Shown here: positions 48,807-63,369 of the stretch, piece by piece
How the letters are laid out: each line of letters begins with the position of its first letter
Numbering within the stretch: the stretch's first letter is position 1
Source: Orbicella franksi
Taxonomy: Eukaryota
Assembly: GCA_964199315.1 (NCBI GenBank)
Contig: OZ116702.1
Span: forward strand, 5,766,001 to 5,830,000
DNA: 64,000 nucleotides
Direction of reading: 5' to 3'
The notes under the pieces: model-generated
Seen by the model: only the letters and a program-made list of their open reading frames with translations
What the model was told of the DNA's origin: nothing
Databases searched by the model: none
Position numbers and translations under genes: made by a program

Positions 48807-51800
48807 ATGGAAACCAAGTATTTCAAGACGCAGATGAATAGGCGGTCTGATGTTGAAATCACGGCGCGCTGCACCAAGACGAGAGACTGGGTGTTAACAA
48901 AATCAGCGTTACTTCAGTCGAGGACTGTTCAATGGTCCGCAGCCAAGATCAACCTGAACATCTTCTCGCTGAAGGACACTGGTGCTACGGATGAGGCTGA
49001 AAACACGGTTACAAGTGTGAAGCTGTTTGGTAAGAATCATTGGTTCCTTCGCTTGCAAGATGATGGCAACGTCACAGGAACTCGTGAACAAGGCAACGTT
49101 GAAGGTAAAGCAAAATGAATTAATATTTTATTTTGCATGGACGTGTGAAATGCATGCATCGTTAACCACGATTTGATTTGAAGACTGTGTAAAACCCTTT
49201 CGCAGTCTAGCTAGTGAGTCTTCTAACTTTTATGCGATATTCTAGACGCTTTTTACCCGAGTTAAACAAACTTAGTTCCTCATCATTTCTGCATGATAAT
49301 GAAAACCGAAAAATGTCAAGGTAACTAGACTGAAACTCAACTCAGTTAAATAGAACCAAGATATAACGTTGCATAATTTTAACTTCTAAAAGATAATAGG
49401 TGAAAATAAGGCATTGGACGTAAACTTTATCAGACGAGTATTCAATATCTTTTGTCCATAGAAAACCGCGATATATCTAGGTTCGTAAGGGTAGTATTTA
49501 ATATTTTTACCATTTGATGTTCATGTTTTAAAGATAAAAGTGATTACTTCATATTGTTTTATGAGACGAGACAACGAAAGCCGGGACCTTGAGTGGAAAG
49601 AGAATGATCATTGTTAGAAAATTATAAACGTGTTATTCAAACTGGCACTCTTTTCAGTTAACAAGGCAAGCAGACGGTCTTAATGATAGAATATCTGCTT
49701 TAGGACTGATTCATTCCGCTTTCCTTGCCACGTCCTCATTGACAATCAGCTTTACGGGAAGTAATAACGGAATACATAAGATTAACATTATCGCGCCAGT
49801 CGATATCATTCCAGCAGGAGAAACAATATTTACCAGACACCCCAAGAGTTTTGAGATCGATTTCTTGTCAAAGTGAATGAAAAATTAAAAAAAAAAAAAA
49901 ACCTAGTGAATATGAAAACTGGTTATTTTAAATGTATTGAGTCCTATATGTTCCTCTAAAGGTTCCCTGTTTAAGATAAGCCTTTTTAAATTCGGTTAAA
50001 CATGAGGGAATTTACCTTCAGGAAATCTTTGGCAAAAGTGGTCAGGTAGTTATCACAAGCACATAGTTCCTTAACGTTCCGCAGGAACTGAAACAGGATA
50101 GAAAGGACGCGGAAAATTGTGTTAAAAATTGTCCCTGAGACAAATCCTATGTTTACTTCTTCCTGCAATATGGGAAATAGGTTGCGTTGAATTGTTTGTT
50201 CAATATTCAGACATGTGTGATACCATCTGCACATATGTAACGCCACTGACTGGAATGGATAACTCACGTTAGGTTAGAAATCAGATTTTCTTGTTCATGA
50301 AAACCTTCTTAGATGGATTTTACTAAGGTGAAAAATCTCATCATCACATAGAGAAGCCAGCTGCCAAAAACAGCATAAAAATTAAGGGGTATACAGAGTT
50401 TTCCCAAACTAAATGATTCTTGAATCGACGATTTAGAAATACTGTAGATTACCACAGAGAACTGCAAGAGAAGGTGAAGAGCTGAATAGAGTTAATCCCC
50501 CATAATAATCCTCGTCAAATTATGTTTATATATAGTACCCATTCTTCCGCTTATTTTTAATGTTACCTGGAATTTCCTAAATTATTATCACACGGACCAA
50601 TGGGCGAAAATTAATCCACTGAGTGAAAGGAAATGTATTCGAAATAAAAGAAACCGCTTTCTGACTCCTCTATCACTGGAATAGAACTAAAAAGGCTCAT
50701 CGCGACCGCGAAAAGACATTTTTTTGAGTTACTGGTAGTCAAGATGGAAAATTATACACCATTGTGAGCATGCGCGTAGCTTTAGACAGAAACGATATCA
50801 CTGCTGTGTACAGCCTCTATTCCTAATGAATTGGCCGGAAATTCTTCGATTAAAGTTTCCCTTATTTCAGTCAAAGAAAATGATAACTTTAAGACTTCTT
50901 TCCCACAGTAATTTTTTTTTTTCGGTGGTGAGTTCGACGGTCACAGAATCAGTGTTGATTTTGTTGTATACTACATAGAATTGAAACAAAAAGATTTTAG
51001 ATTATTTAAAAGCCACTGATTAAAGTTTTTGCTGACGCGTCATGCATTAGCGGAAGGTAATGTCAATTAAGCTGGCGCGACAAGGAATATAGATATACAG
51101 TGAGTCCCGATTTTTCAAACCTCCAAGGGAAACGGAAATTGGTTCGAAAAATCGGAGAGTTCGAGAAATCGGGGGTAAAATTACAGGTGTTCGACTGGGG
51201 AGAGGGAAACTACTTTTGGTTCGAGTTATCGGGAGATTCGAAAAAATGAGGTTTCGAGAAACCGGGATTCCACTGCATATATATATGGAGATTTTAATAC
51301 AACGAAGAAGATATCTAATACTAAAAGCTAATTCAGTTTATGACCTGCGGTCAGTATAAACATAGCACATTCAAAAATTCTAGAAAGCTTATATTCCATC
51401 AGCGTCAGTTGTCTACTAAAGTTTTCCAGAGGTTCACATTTTAGAAGCTTTAAGATATCGAAGGAAAGGCAAATCCATTCACCATTCATTTACCTGTCAT
51501 CGCACTTGATTAGTGTTGACCTCGATAAATTTTTTGTCTTCATCGGACAAAGGATCAGAATAGAGGTTTAACGGAGTCGAAGTTATGGGCATACAACTCC
51601 CTGCTTCTACAGGAATGCTTAGGACGAAATTGAAATGCAACGCAGTGGCAACGAGATCCAGTGGAGACCTGGCTAGTTAAAGCTGGAATACGTGTAGATC
51701 GCTCTCTATTCATTCTTTTGCAAATATTTCTTCTCGTGGTTATCACAACAGTCACGACAAACTGTCAAACTGGCATGGCTGCGCCATTGAGCTCTTCACG

Positions 51801-54800
51801 GAGGCCAACTTGCCAGTTAAAATCGAATATATTAAGTGTCTACACGAAACTAACTGAAATCAGGTTAATTGCACGGATTAACAAGGACTGGTCAACTAAA
51901 ATTGCCGTGGAAGTCGTGATGAAGTTCCTAATATACTGAAGAATGAAAAACAGTCGACTGCCTATCGAACGTTATGGAAGCTTACAGTTATTCAATACAA
52001 AATGGATGACTATGTGGAAAAATTCGAAAATGATGAAGTAAATGCTACTATTGTGTTTATAGGCTTAACGACCGAGCTTTGAGAAGGTCGGTGCTTCTTA
52101 TTGAAGCTAACAGCTTTGACAAATAAAAAAGACCCTGATTGGTTTTACGCAACTGTTGTGGAATTCCTGGCTGAGAATAAAGTGAATGCGTGCAACTCAA
52201 ATCTTTGGCAGTTCCGGCCTTACAGCATTGTCTAAAAATACCCCGCTGTCTTTCAGCAAATCTATTCTTTAGTGTGGTATTTTAATCTTGTTGTTCATAT
52301 TGTTGCTTTGCTTGCAGTCAACCTGCAGTTACAGTCGATCGGGAAAGGATTAGTTCACATTTATGGTCCCGAAGTGAAGCGGTATCTCGCAATGGACAGC
52401 AATGGGCGGCTGTTTTCCACGGTAAGCTTAATATCTCCGTCGGTTGCTCGTTGCTTAAATCACCAGTAGTACTTCACTTAAATCATGACAATCGATTTAT
52501 ACTGTGTTTAGTAAATTTTGATTAAATCGTCTGAGTATAACAGTGAGCAGAGTGCTGCGATTCGCTCAAGGTAGTAGGGGCCTTCTGCTAGGCCTTCTCC
52601 CAGTAAAGATTTCTCGAAGTACTCTTAGTTCTTTTCCAGAAGAACTTTATAAAAGGTATGGGCACGCACTGTTTGCAAGATAAATCCGCAAATAGAAGTT
52701 AACTAAATGGCTATGAACGATCTAAATTCACCCGTTTGCGCGCTCTCACTAAATCTGTACCTTCGACTAAACTTGTGTTTTCCATCATGTCTAAATTCAC
52801 TGATTTAGTAGAAGCCATATCATTCACGGAGTGATCTAATGTGGACAAATCGATAGACGATATATAATAATGTCATCAACACCAAGCCATAGATGGATAT
52901 ATCTGTTCAATTTTCTCTTGTATGCAGAGCAGTTGTTTGAGAACCGGAACAATCAATAGCTTGACTGAAGTGTTTGGACGCCTCAGTATCTACAAATAAA
53001 ACTTAGCTTGTTTGGAAGCATTCTAACAGAATAATTCTGATAAATCTAACCTGTTATGGTACAGCAAAACTGAGAACATGCATCGCTAACACCATACAAT
53101 TAGAAAAGATGCAAAACTAATGCGGTAATGTATAAGAGAAGGCAGTGACTGCTGTCTTGGCATGGCGTTCTCAGGTTAGAAATTTGGCACCGAGAGTTGC
53201 ACTCAATCGATCGAAGTTATGTGTTTTTGTGGTTGAAATTCTCGGTTGTACTGTGCCGATCAGTAGATGAACAGAACCTTTTCTTTCATTAGAATTTTTT
53301 AGTAACTTAAAATCGTAGAATGCTCGTGGGTAGTGCGAACACCATCAGAACAAGATGACGCCCTAAAACAAAGTCGAATATGCTTTTGGCCTTAACTTGC
53401 TGTTCAACTGCTCTGATGTAAATTTATGTGATTGTGTTCTTCAGAAGAACACCAAAACAACCATTTCGATTCAAAACGGTGGAAAATATTTTTTCTTTCC
53501 AAGAAAGCGTTGAAAACTTTCAGTAGCCAAATTTGTGTATTCAGCTGAATAATCGCAGGCCAGTCAGCTCAATGCAAAGAACTTTATTTTTGGTTCTTAA
53601 TTCTTCTAAAATCTTTTAGCTCGTATAATTTTAAATTTTATTTCTATTGTCTTTTATTGTAAACACGTTGTATTTTTAGCTGTTGGCTTTTTATATTAGC
53701 ATAGAAGAGCCAATTATTATTTTGGATCTGCTAAAGAATCGTTCTCATTTATTTTTATTTGTTTTTATTATTCGACTTGTTTTACATCTTGGTGTTCGGT
53801 TAGAAAAGAAAATTCACACCATATTCTAAAAAGACACATTGCATAAAGTGGAATATTTAATCTCAAAAGTAAGGTCGTATGTATACGTATAAGAATGGAC
53901 TTTTTATGGTAATGTAAAGATTTGATATAAGCGGTTTTCATGACCCCCTTTCATAACATTCCATTCCATGAAATTCTGCTTGGGAAGTAACACGTAATAC
54001 CAGGAGGGAAGTCAATCGTTTAGTGTTGAGTCTAAGGTCAAATAAACCATGTTATGTGGTATGCCACCAGCCTTTCTTATTCGATTAATAAAAATTGTTA
54101 TTTTTCCTTAGAGATATTTTAAGTCAATCCAACCACAAAGAAGTCGATTGATCTAATGCCACTGGCCTCCTTGGATATCGACCGTAATTACCAGGCCGAG
54201 AGTTCAAAACATGTTCCGACACACGTTTTCGAAGAGTTTAGACAGTTTAAGCTGAAATGCAAATTTCTCCAAACATGCGATAACATTCAAATCATTTCGC
54301 GCCAACCAGCTTTTCTTTTTAAGAAATCTTATATTCTGCCGCAATTCATACTTAAAACTCGGTCACGAAATCTTGACTTGCTCACTGCATATAACGGAAT
54401 CATGATTACCAAACCTGAATCAATCACGATATATATAATACATCTAGTAGTATGAGAAATAAGAATTAAAAAGTAGGTTTTAATGCCTTATTTCTAGAAT
54501 TTTCCACTTTCATCGATTTTTCTTATCGAATACGTGGATCAATCACATGTACTTTATCGTACTTCTACCATGCTGACAAATATTGGTATTACCGGTCGTC
54601 TTAAGCAGTGATATTGACTCTTGTTTTCACTGAGTGAGCCATATATATATTTTTTGTTTCTGGTGCCAAAAATAGGAAGCAATATATTTGTCCAAAGATT
54701 CCCGCAATGATAGACGAAGTCTGATATGTTTTCAAACACGTGAATTTGGCAATATAAGTATGAGGCCTAACACTACGTCAAGGACTTTTGCCAAAATTAA

Positions 54801-56548
54801 AACTGTTACTGTAAACATCTAGGACCAAAAACTATCACAAGAGCAGCTCAAAGACGCCGACATTAACCTGACGTCTTTATTAATAACCCACAACAACTGC
54901 TTTTTAGAGCTTGAAAAACAATCAAACATGGCTCATAAAATGTATATTACGTAATCAATAGTTGAACACGTTGCATACCTGGAAAGATAACTAATAAAAA
55001 CTAAAAAAGCACTCAAAGAGATTTTTGGAGGAATCACGTTTGAAAAGTCAGTGCTTATTAAATTGTTAACTTGCAACTGGGTGTCAGATTTTATGCAAGG
55101 TTTGCTCAAGACTGGCGCCAAGTCTGTATTGTCAGAATTTATAGGTATATGTATTACGAAATTTACATCTAGGGTCACCAGGAGTGGCCCTGAATCATAA
55201 CGAGACCCCTCGACGTCTGATAAAATGATTTAAATAAACCGTGGTACAAATTTAGAGAGTTACTCCAGATTATAACGCCCATTTAAGTTACTTATCCAAC
55301 TTTCAAGATTAGATGGTTTAAAAGAGCGCTCTATTAATCTACAAAAACAATGAGACTTCTCTTATGTGGAATTTATTTATATCCAAACAGTTACAATATG
55401 ACTGTGATACCAACCAGTTATGAAATATCCACCTGTTGTTTACGCTCTATAGCCTTGCAATTTATTTTTATTCACAGTCATTATCTATACTTGTGTTTGT
55501 CACCCAGTTGTCGAATTAGAAACCTGGGTTACATTGATATCATGCAGAACCAATGATCAACGTGAATATTTGTCGCGCATTTGTCGAAAAAAAAAATAAC
55601 AAAAAGAAATTGTAACAAGGATAATTTCGCAGATTAAGTTTAATTCTAATGAGGCAGTGAAGCTAGTATGTGAATCGAGAAAGACTTTGATGACATGTTT
55701 TAAGGAATTGGTTACATGTGATAATCACGTGACGTTTGCATGTGAAGGAGTTCCACGAGACCCAGTCCTTCGGGTTTCTAGCTGTCAGTGAAAATGGGAT
55801 TTTTCTGCTGTCAATTCGTTTGAACACTTACAAATATGATGCGTGAAATTCTGATGCTCCCCCGAAAAGAAGCTTACTCAAAGCTCCATAAATTTTAGAT
55901 AGCAATACTTCAAATTGCAAGGCCTCCTGAATATCAGACCATGAACATTAATTTTAGCTCTATATATCAGGATAACAAATCTTTTTTTCCGATTATAACG
56001 CCCTTTCTGTTTGTCCTGCGTCTCGACTCATTATAATATTTCAGACATATTGTAGACTGACTTCTTTTGTGTTTCACATCGTTATGTTTCAACAGTTTTA
56101 ACACGCAGGATTCTAATATGCACCTAAATTTTTCACACGTCAAGTTTCTTCTAAATATCAGCCGACAATTTTTCCAGCTTAAAATTTCTTCGGATAACAA
56201 GCCCGCCCGAAAAAATAAACCTACCGTAAAGCCTTTTGAAAATATAAGCTTATTATAGCTTATAAAATAAGGCTCATTATAAGAACTGTACAGTATTAAT
56301 TTTACTCACCTTCCCTGAATTAAGGATCTAAATTTGTCTGTGCTTTTTTTTTCTTGCAGAAAAACAAGACAGACAGCACAATTTTCAAGCACGTGACCGG
56401 GGTCAATGGCTTCCATACATTTTCCTCGCATAAATACTACAGGGACACGCCCCACGACATGTATATAGCGCTCAAAAAGGACGGACTGCCGAGGAAAGGA
56501 AACAAAACATGTCGGCTTCACAAGGGATCTCAGTTTTTGATCATTTAA
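48807..56548 (+). CDS. FGF: Fibroblast growth factor B (no evident signal peptide)
   Basis: Exons 48807-49104 (VKLFGKNHWFLRLQDDGNVTGT), 52318-52421 (104 nt, RYLAMDSNGRLFST) and 56360-56548 (DSTIFKH..FHTFSSHKYY..MYIALKKDG..SQFLII*). Phases 1 and 0 match the canonical FGF gene structure. The start codon is inferred. Confidence 0.87.
51098..51275. mobile_element. Tc1/pogo-like MITE in FGF B intron 1
   Basis: ta-CAGTGAGTCCCG ... CGGGATTCCACTG termini with ttcga subrepeats. Confidence 0.7.
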
Positions 56549-56904
56549 CAATCAACTAGTTCTCCATACTGGTTACCATGAATTTAACCAGACATTGAAG
56601 GCATTATTTATCAGAGAAAACTAATATTTATTGTTATTGTATGTAGCAATGTTATACATGAATGAAAGTAATAGTTGTGGAAAGGATTGCGGTTTAAAAA
56701 CGCAGACCTTGTGTTTGAAAACAAATAAACAAAATAACTGAAAATGGTTAAATGGAAAATATATATATATATATTAAGGAAGATTATTTATTATCTACTG
56801 TCCAAACTAGGGTATATGATTTTAAAAACTGTTGTAGCCATCTTGAGTTATCTTTAGAAATAAATTATTTCCCTGAGCTTGATGACAATAATGTATTAAT
56901 GTGT

Positions 56905-57130
56905 ACTAATCACATCACTCACTCCCTCATCCTCTTCGTCCCGGCCTCTCCACTTTTCGCGATCCCTGGCAATCTTTTCAGCCTCCAACAAGCACAAGCC
57001 CAGCTGTTTAAGGTTTGCTGTCTCAATTCTCCTCCAGTTGGTCTTTGGCCTTCCTTTGCGCCACTTGCCTTGATCACGGTAATGTAAGAGAAAACACAGC
57101 TCACCTCCGGCCAGAGGCAATTCAACTCGC
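56905..57130 (-). mobile_element. 5'-truncated RTE-clade LINE fragment (ORF2 C-terminus)
   Basis: The minus strand reads GKWRKGRPKTNWRRIETANLKQLGLCLLEAEKIARDREKWR, matching the G.R.RGRP..W...DL......A...A.DR..WR motif typical of RTE ORF2 ends. Confidence 0.75.
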
Positions 57131-59815
57131 CTCAATCCCCTTCCATTTTCATACTTCTCCCGGGTTCGTTTTCCTTCTCCACGCCGCTTCTTTGAACTCA
57201 GTATGTTGAGGAAGAGACAAGAAAAGAGAGGCACGAGTGAGACATTGATGTATTCATCTCGTGTAAAGGCGTTCTCTGGTTAAAGAAGCTACGTCAGGGT
57301 TTGCCCATCTTGAAAAGTTAAGCCTAACTTTTTCATGATCAATTTCGTCTTTTGTAATCCGTGTCAATCCTCTTCATCTTTAACCTTCCTTGTTCCTTAA
57401 TGGTTTATTATTACCTCTTTGTAGTTTTTCTATCTTAGTAAACTACTATTTTCAGTTTACCTTCAATTCCAGGTTATTTTACACATGGCCAAAATAACTC
57501 AAAATGCCGTTTTCTGAGCTCCTTGAGCGGAATTTTTTAACCTTCTTTGAACGTTTGACTTCCAGTCTCCCAGTCTCCAAATTTTAGTTTTCAAAGGCTT
57601 TAGACTACAAGCCAAAAGTCCTACGACTTTTTAAAAATTCTTAACCAGAGAACGCTCTTACACAAGATCATTTGCAATCCCGGTTACTCCTCCATTCTTG
57701 ATCGTAAAATGTATTGTTCAGCCAATGTCTCGCTCAAGGGAAAACTGATCGATGGCAAGGTTACGCCGCACAAAATCTCACTGCCAGCAGAGATAAGATT
57801 ACAGTTATAAGATCAATTCGTATTGTGGACTAAAGGGTAGGTTGTATTAGAAAGTGGAAACTTTCCATTGTGAAACATTGGTGGGTTCATAAAGGCAAAT
57901 GCCAAGAAAAATCTGAAAAATAGGTAAATATATCAGCGCTTTACTGCACTTGTGGTTAACCCGCAAGTAAGAAGTACATTTTTTGAAGTCTGGTTCTTGT
58001 ATTTTCGGGTAGTTATTTGGGCTAAGTACAGTAAATAGATTCTTAATTTCTATGAAGGAGATATAGTTGCTGATTACCAGAAAAATAGACAAACTTGGGT
58101 TTGGTCCCTGAATATACAATAAATCGTCTGTGTTCGATGTATTTTCTTGTAATGTAAATTTGCAGTCTCAAAGTCACACGTGCACTCCTTGGTGAAAATG
58201 TTTATCATAATTAAACTGTAACCAACACATAAGAACCTGCTTGTTCTTGCTTGGCTAAACAGGTTCTTATATTTGGCAAATTTCTGCCGGTAGGTGGGTG
58301 TTTACTGCAATGAAAGTCAGGATGTTTCTAGTTATATTGTATGTCGGCTGCATATATTTTGTAAATTACCAACTAATTCATGGAATCCACCACTCCACTC
58401 CAGTAACTCTTATTTATCTGTGCTTAAAAATGGTAAAAAAAAAAAAAAAAAAAAAAAAAAATGATCTATTAACAGAAACCACAAATGTAGTTTACTTTTG
58501 TACCTTCCATGAAATTCCGTTCTCAAACGACTTTTCCCCGTTATTCCGTGCTATGTTTTTCCTTAAATGTTAATTTGAAAAATATGATGGTGAAGGTGTA
58601 TCATTCAAGTATTCTTGTCATCTGCCAGTGACAATGTACCGATGCCAAAATTGAAAACATTATACTATGGTGGGATGACACTTAAGGCCTCCTCGAAGGC
58701 AAATGAATATCACTTAACAGCCTCATGTGTACTTTGAACAAATTTCTAACGTTTTAATTGGTGACGTGTGATTAACAACAATGAAAAGCCTTTGTTCTGA
58801 GACCGGTCAACGTGACCACCCCACGGGTGGTCACAACATTTTGACGTGGAGAATTAATATCAATCACACTCAGAGTTTCTGTGTTTACTCGGTTTTGAAC
58901 ATACAGCTTTATGACCAATCATTTTACTATTTATGCAGATCAGACGCGAACTAAAGCCAGTCTTTGCGCAAGCTACATTTTCCCGCGCTTAATTGCAACG
59001 CGCTTGCATGCTTTTCTTTTTTTTATAGGAGTTCTATTTGGTTAATTCGTTGCACTGTGCCACGTGAGTGACAGCCATCAGGAAACCTTTTAAATTCCAC
59101 CTCTCATACTAATTTTTAACTCCATTAAATCCAAAAGTTAATGTTGGACTAAAAGACTTATTCACTTCAGCCACCCAAGTTCTTCAATTACAACTAACGA
59201 GTTTTAAACGCGTTCCTTTGTTATTTTCGAAAACTTCAGTAAAAAAAACTCTGAGAATATCGTAGTAAGCACATTAAGTGGCTTACCTCATAGAGTTGAC
59301 AACATTTTCAAGAGTAGCGAAGAATTAGTTTTCTTTTCAAACACTGTCTCAAAGGTTGCAATTTTTCAAATACTTTTTAGATATTATGCCCTTTTATAGT
59401 TTTGAAAGTTTTTAATGGCTCTAGCGCATGCCTGTTGACTAAGGCATGAAAAAAATTTAAAGATACATGCAAGCGACTTAAAAACTTTCTTGCGTGAGCT
59501 AGATTCGAATTCGATTACGTTTTACTGATACGGATCGAGGTAAAATTTCGAGTACATCGTGTGTGAAAACACTCAATGTGATGAGACTGGCTTACTTACT
59601 TGCTTGCTTAGTTTAGTTCTCACGTTCATTAGACTGTTTACGACATAACGCCTGCTATATCACCTACAAGGTAATCCTAGGTTCTTATATGCGGTATTGA
59701 ATTGTTATTCCCATTATGCAAGCTGTCAGAAGGAATCGTTATGATGGCTAATTTAGATGTCAGATTCACTTAAAGATTTACATGAATAAAGAAAACCCGA
59801 AAAATACGGGGTCAG

Positions 59816-60138
59816 CCTCCGGAGGGGGGGGGGACTCCCATATTAAAATGACGGGGGTGCTCGTCATACCTTTTAGGGATTAAACACGCGGTCTTGGTAG
59901 CTCTTCGAGTGTTCAGCCTCTAGAGGTCCACAGCGGGAGCCTTTGCGTACCATTTAGGGTATTGAGCCGAAAACATATGACAGCAGACAATGTGTTATGT
60001 AAGAATTGGTACCTCTTAGGAGAGAAAAAAATTTCAAGCCACGCCCACAAAACAGGATCTTAGTACCTCTTAGGGATTCTTTTCAAAATTCCCGACTAGC
60101 ACCCCTGTCTTTTTTATATGGGAGTCCACCCCCAGGGG
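59816..60138. mobile_element. MITE with CC..GGGGGGACTCCCATAT termini
   Basis: ggggggactcccatattaaaatgacgggggtgct / agcacccctgtcttttttatatgggagtccaccccc inverted ends. Confidence 0.7.
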
Positions 60139-61554
60139 TCAGCCAAGGAATCAGAAACACGTGTTTTATAGATTTTCAACACACTGGGCCGATCGGACGA
60201 TGGGAAACGAAGCATATAATGGCCGGAGGGGGAGGGGGAGGAGGTAAACACCCACCAACATTTCGCCCCTTAAAAATAGCTTTTCAACGTTTTCTGAAAT
60301 TCGATAATTAACAGTTAGCAATTACAGATAGTGGCTACCGGTTATAGTTATGGTTATTATGGTTATCAATTATAGATTATTGATTATCGACTAGCGATTA
60401 TCGATTATCTTAGACAGTTAATCAACAATATGCCTTAAATTCCACTTCGATGACTTAGCAGAACGACGCCGTGTTTTGTTTGCTGTACTGTCCCTAGTTC
60501 GTTTGTCAATGTATAAGAATTGAATTCGTAACCACATCTTTTTTCAAGTATAGAGTTTTATTTCAATTGGAAAAACCTAACTAAAGTTAAATGAATAATA
60601 GCTTATTTTCCATTTAGACTTTCACCTTCAATTACTAATTCAGAGTGTAGAAATATGACTAATTCTAAACTACGCTATTATAAAAGAAAGAGCATTCCGG
60701 CAGTATAAGCAAGACGTAAATTATACACGTTTATTTCTGAAAACCGATAAGTGAGGAAAAATCCGCACTGCTTTGGCCTTTCGTTATCTATTCCCTCGGA
60801 ATAAAAAATATCGCTTCCATATTCTGAATACCATCAAATAAGAGGGTCTTTTATGTAGGGAAGGAGAAATGAACAAGGGGAGAGGGGTTGGGAATTTCCT
60901 GGTCTATACTGTTTTTACTAGAGGATAAATCTGATATTGATTTCCTTAACCGAAAATTGACGAAGTAATAACAGATGACGAATGATAGTTTCAGCAAATT
61001 TTATGGCAATCACGGGGCGGCTGAAAGATTAACTCATTCGACTCTCAGACTATGTGTACACTTAAACTGTAGTTTCGATTTATTTTCGATTATATGAGAG
61101 GTATCTCTAGCGTATTTCATACACGTATTCGCATATTTCCGTTTGTCGCGTGAGTTTTCATCAAGAGATGCCCGTTTTCCTAATATTAGGCAACAAAAAG
61201 TCTTCTTAAGACTGAAGGATTCTCAACTGAAGATAACAACTTAAAGCTGTTCTCTTGAAATTATTCAATGAAACCACAAACTGTTTGACAGTCAGTTGTA
61301 ATACTATTTTTAACTCTTTGCACTTCAAAACATTCATAAATATTGTTACCTTCGATTCTTAAATTCGCTTTTGCGAAACTATTAAATAGATTTACGAATC
61401 TAACAATTTTAAAAATAAATATCTAGATATTAAATTGTCAAAATATATCTCGGCTTTATGTCTATACTGAAGACCCGCTTTCAGAACAAAACCGGCGGCG
61501 AAACATGAAATTCAAAATAAATAAAGATTTATTTGTCGTCAGTATCTACTGTCT

Positions 61555-63369
61555 TTAACTGGTTTCTCTCGCTTGCATCACAGAAAGCAGCGACGTCTTG
61601 TTGTTCCGTCTCGTATGGGTGCCATTCTTCATTTGACCATTTTTTCTCATGGATAGAAAAAGGAATTTTCGTGTGTGTCTTGAGAGTGGAATATAATGCT
61701 TGTTGGAAGCGAAAGTTTCAAAGCCATTTGATTCCTGGGTTTGCTGAAACACTGTGTCGTCTGTGGGTTCTTCCTGTAAATAAGAAAAACAAACAACACT
61801 TTGTTAAGTGAGAAATATTAGTAAACAACCATCTACCTTAGTTAATTCTCTTCGAGATCGATTCTTCGAATTTAACTTAAAGGAATGCGTAGCGAATTAA
61901 TATAGGTCGATGTTTTGCACAGCTCTGAGCTTATAATAGATGCGGGTTGCAATAAATAAAATTAATTTTCTTTTGACGCTTTTATTAAAGTTCTGGCCTC
62001 ACTGCGGTGATTGATTAAACGGGAACAAGGTGTTCCAGGTGACAACACAAGGATATTAAACGTGGGAAATCAAAATCTCCGGCCTAAAGCAAATATTCGC
62101 CCGACATGAAATACCATCACATACACACGAACGTACTCTCAGTGAAAAACATATTTAGTGGAATCAAGTGCGTTCACCGAACTTTTGTTCGTAGTTAAGT
62201 ATCCAGAGATAAAGGGAACGTCATTTAACCCGCCGAAACAGCAACAACAACTGATCGAGCTGATAAAAATGACTATTCTTCGCTTTGGAAAGTCGATTTA
62301 TTTTTCGAAAGAAAGAATGCCCCTGTACAATACGCCACTAGGTGTTACCAATTAACAGCGGCATCGTTAAGGCAGAGGTTAATTTAGTGACATACTTAGA
62401 GCACTCGAGTTTTTCACTTATGCCTGGTTATCATTCAAATCTGGGGCTTGCCGCTATTTAGCTCAGCATTTTTCCACATAAAGAACATCCGCGCGTTTGT
62501 TTTATAAAGGAAGCATTTATTTATTAGTTCATTAAGATGTCGCCCCTCCTCATTATTTGCGTCAATTGTGATCTGAAATAACACTGTAACCGCTTGTGAC
62601 TGACAAAGAAGTAATCTGCGGTGGATTTGGTGGTTTCTAAGTTTCTATTTTTTCCCGGATGAAACTAAACCACTCACCGTTGTGTACACCTTTCCGTTGG
62701 CCGCCATAGCAACATAAAGACAAGTTTGTTTGCTGAATATCCGAACCAAACTAGTGCCAACAGACTGGAGTTGAAGCTTAACTGCAAAAAATACAACAGT
62801 TGACATTAAAATTAGCAAACGGCTATTTTGGTGGCTATTTTCATTAAAGAGGAGGAGAACTGAAATGAAACTAATTAAAAATTTAAAAAATCGGCTGTCT
62901 TCTTAACAGTATTGATTGTCGATTAAGGATGGAGGCTAATTGTCCAAGCAAGGCTATTAGCATGCGCAAAAGACCTCTTTCAGTCACAAATACGGCGTTT
63001 AATGTTCTATATTGTAATAGAACTCGAAACAGAGATATTTCTGTCATTCAAAACTATCCAGCAAATATGATTGCAACGGGACTACAAAAGGTTGTTTGTC
63101 TACTTACTGTCCGGGCTCCGAGCATCTGAAGTTCCGTTGATATTGCCGTCAGTGTAAACAGCTAAAAACCAGCCATTTTTGTATAATAAAGAAACATCCG
63201 AAGTCGATGTGTAGCCAGAACCGGGCAGCGTTTGATTGCAGCGCTTCGAAGAAGCCGTAGTCAACTTCACATGTCTTCTCTCTCTTTGAATTCTCCGCAT
63301 GAGTTGTTTCTGGAAGGGCTCAGCTCCGGAGTTGCCAAACAAGTACAGAAAGAGGACGACCGAAATAAC
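61555..63369 (-). CDS. FGF: Fibroblast growth factor C (secreted; start codon unresolved)
   Basis: Exons 63108-63369 (VISVVLFLYLFGNSGA-EP signal, RERR, LLYKNGWFLAVYTDGNINGT), 62678-62781 (104 nt, LYVAMAANGKVYTT) and 61555-61773 (DDTVFQQ..FETFASNKH..FLSMRKNGQMK..). Confidence 0.87.
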
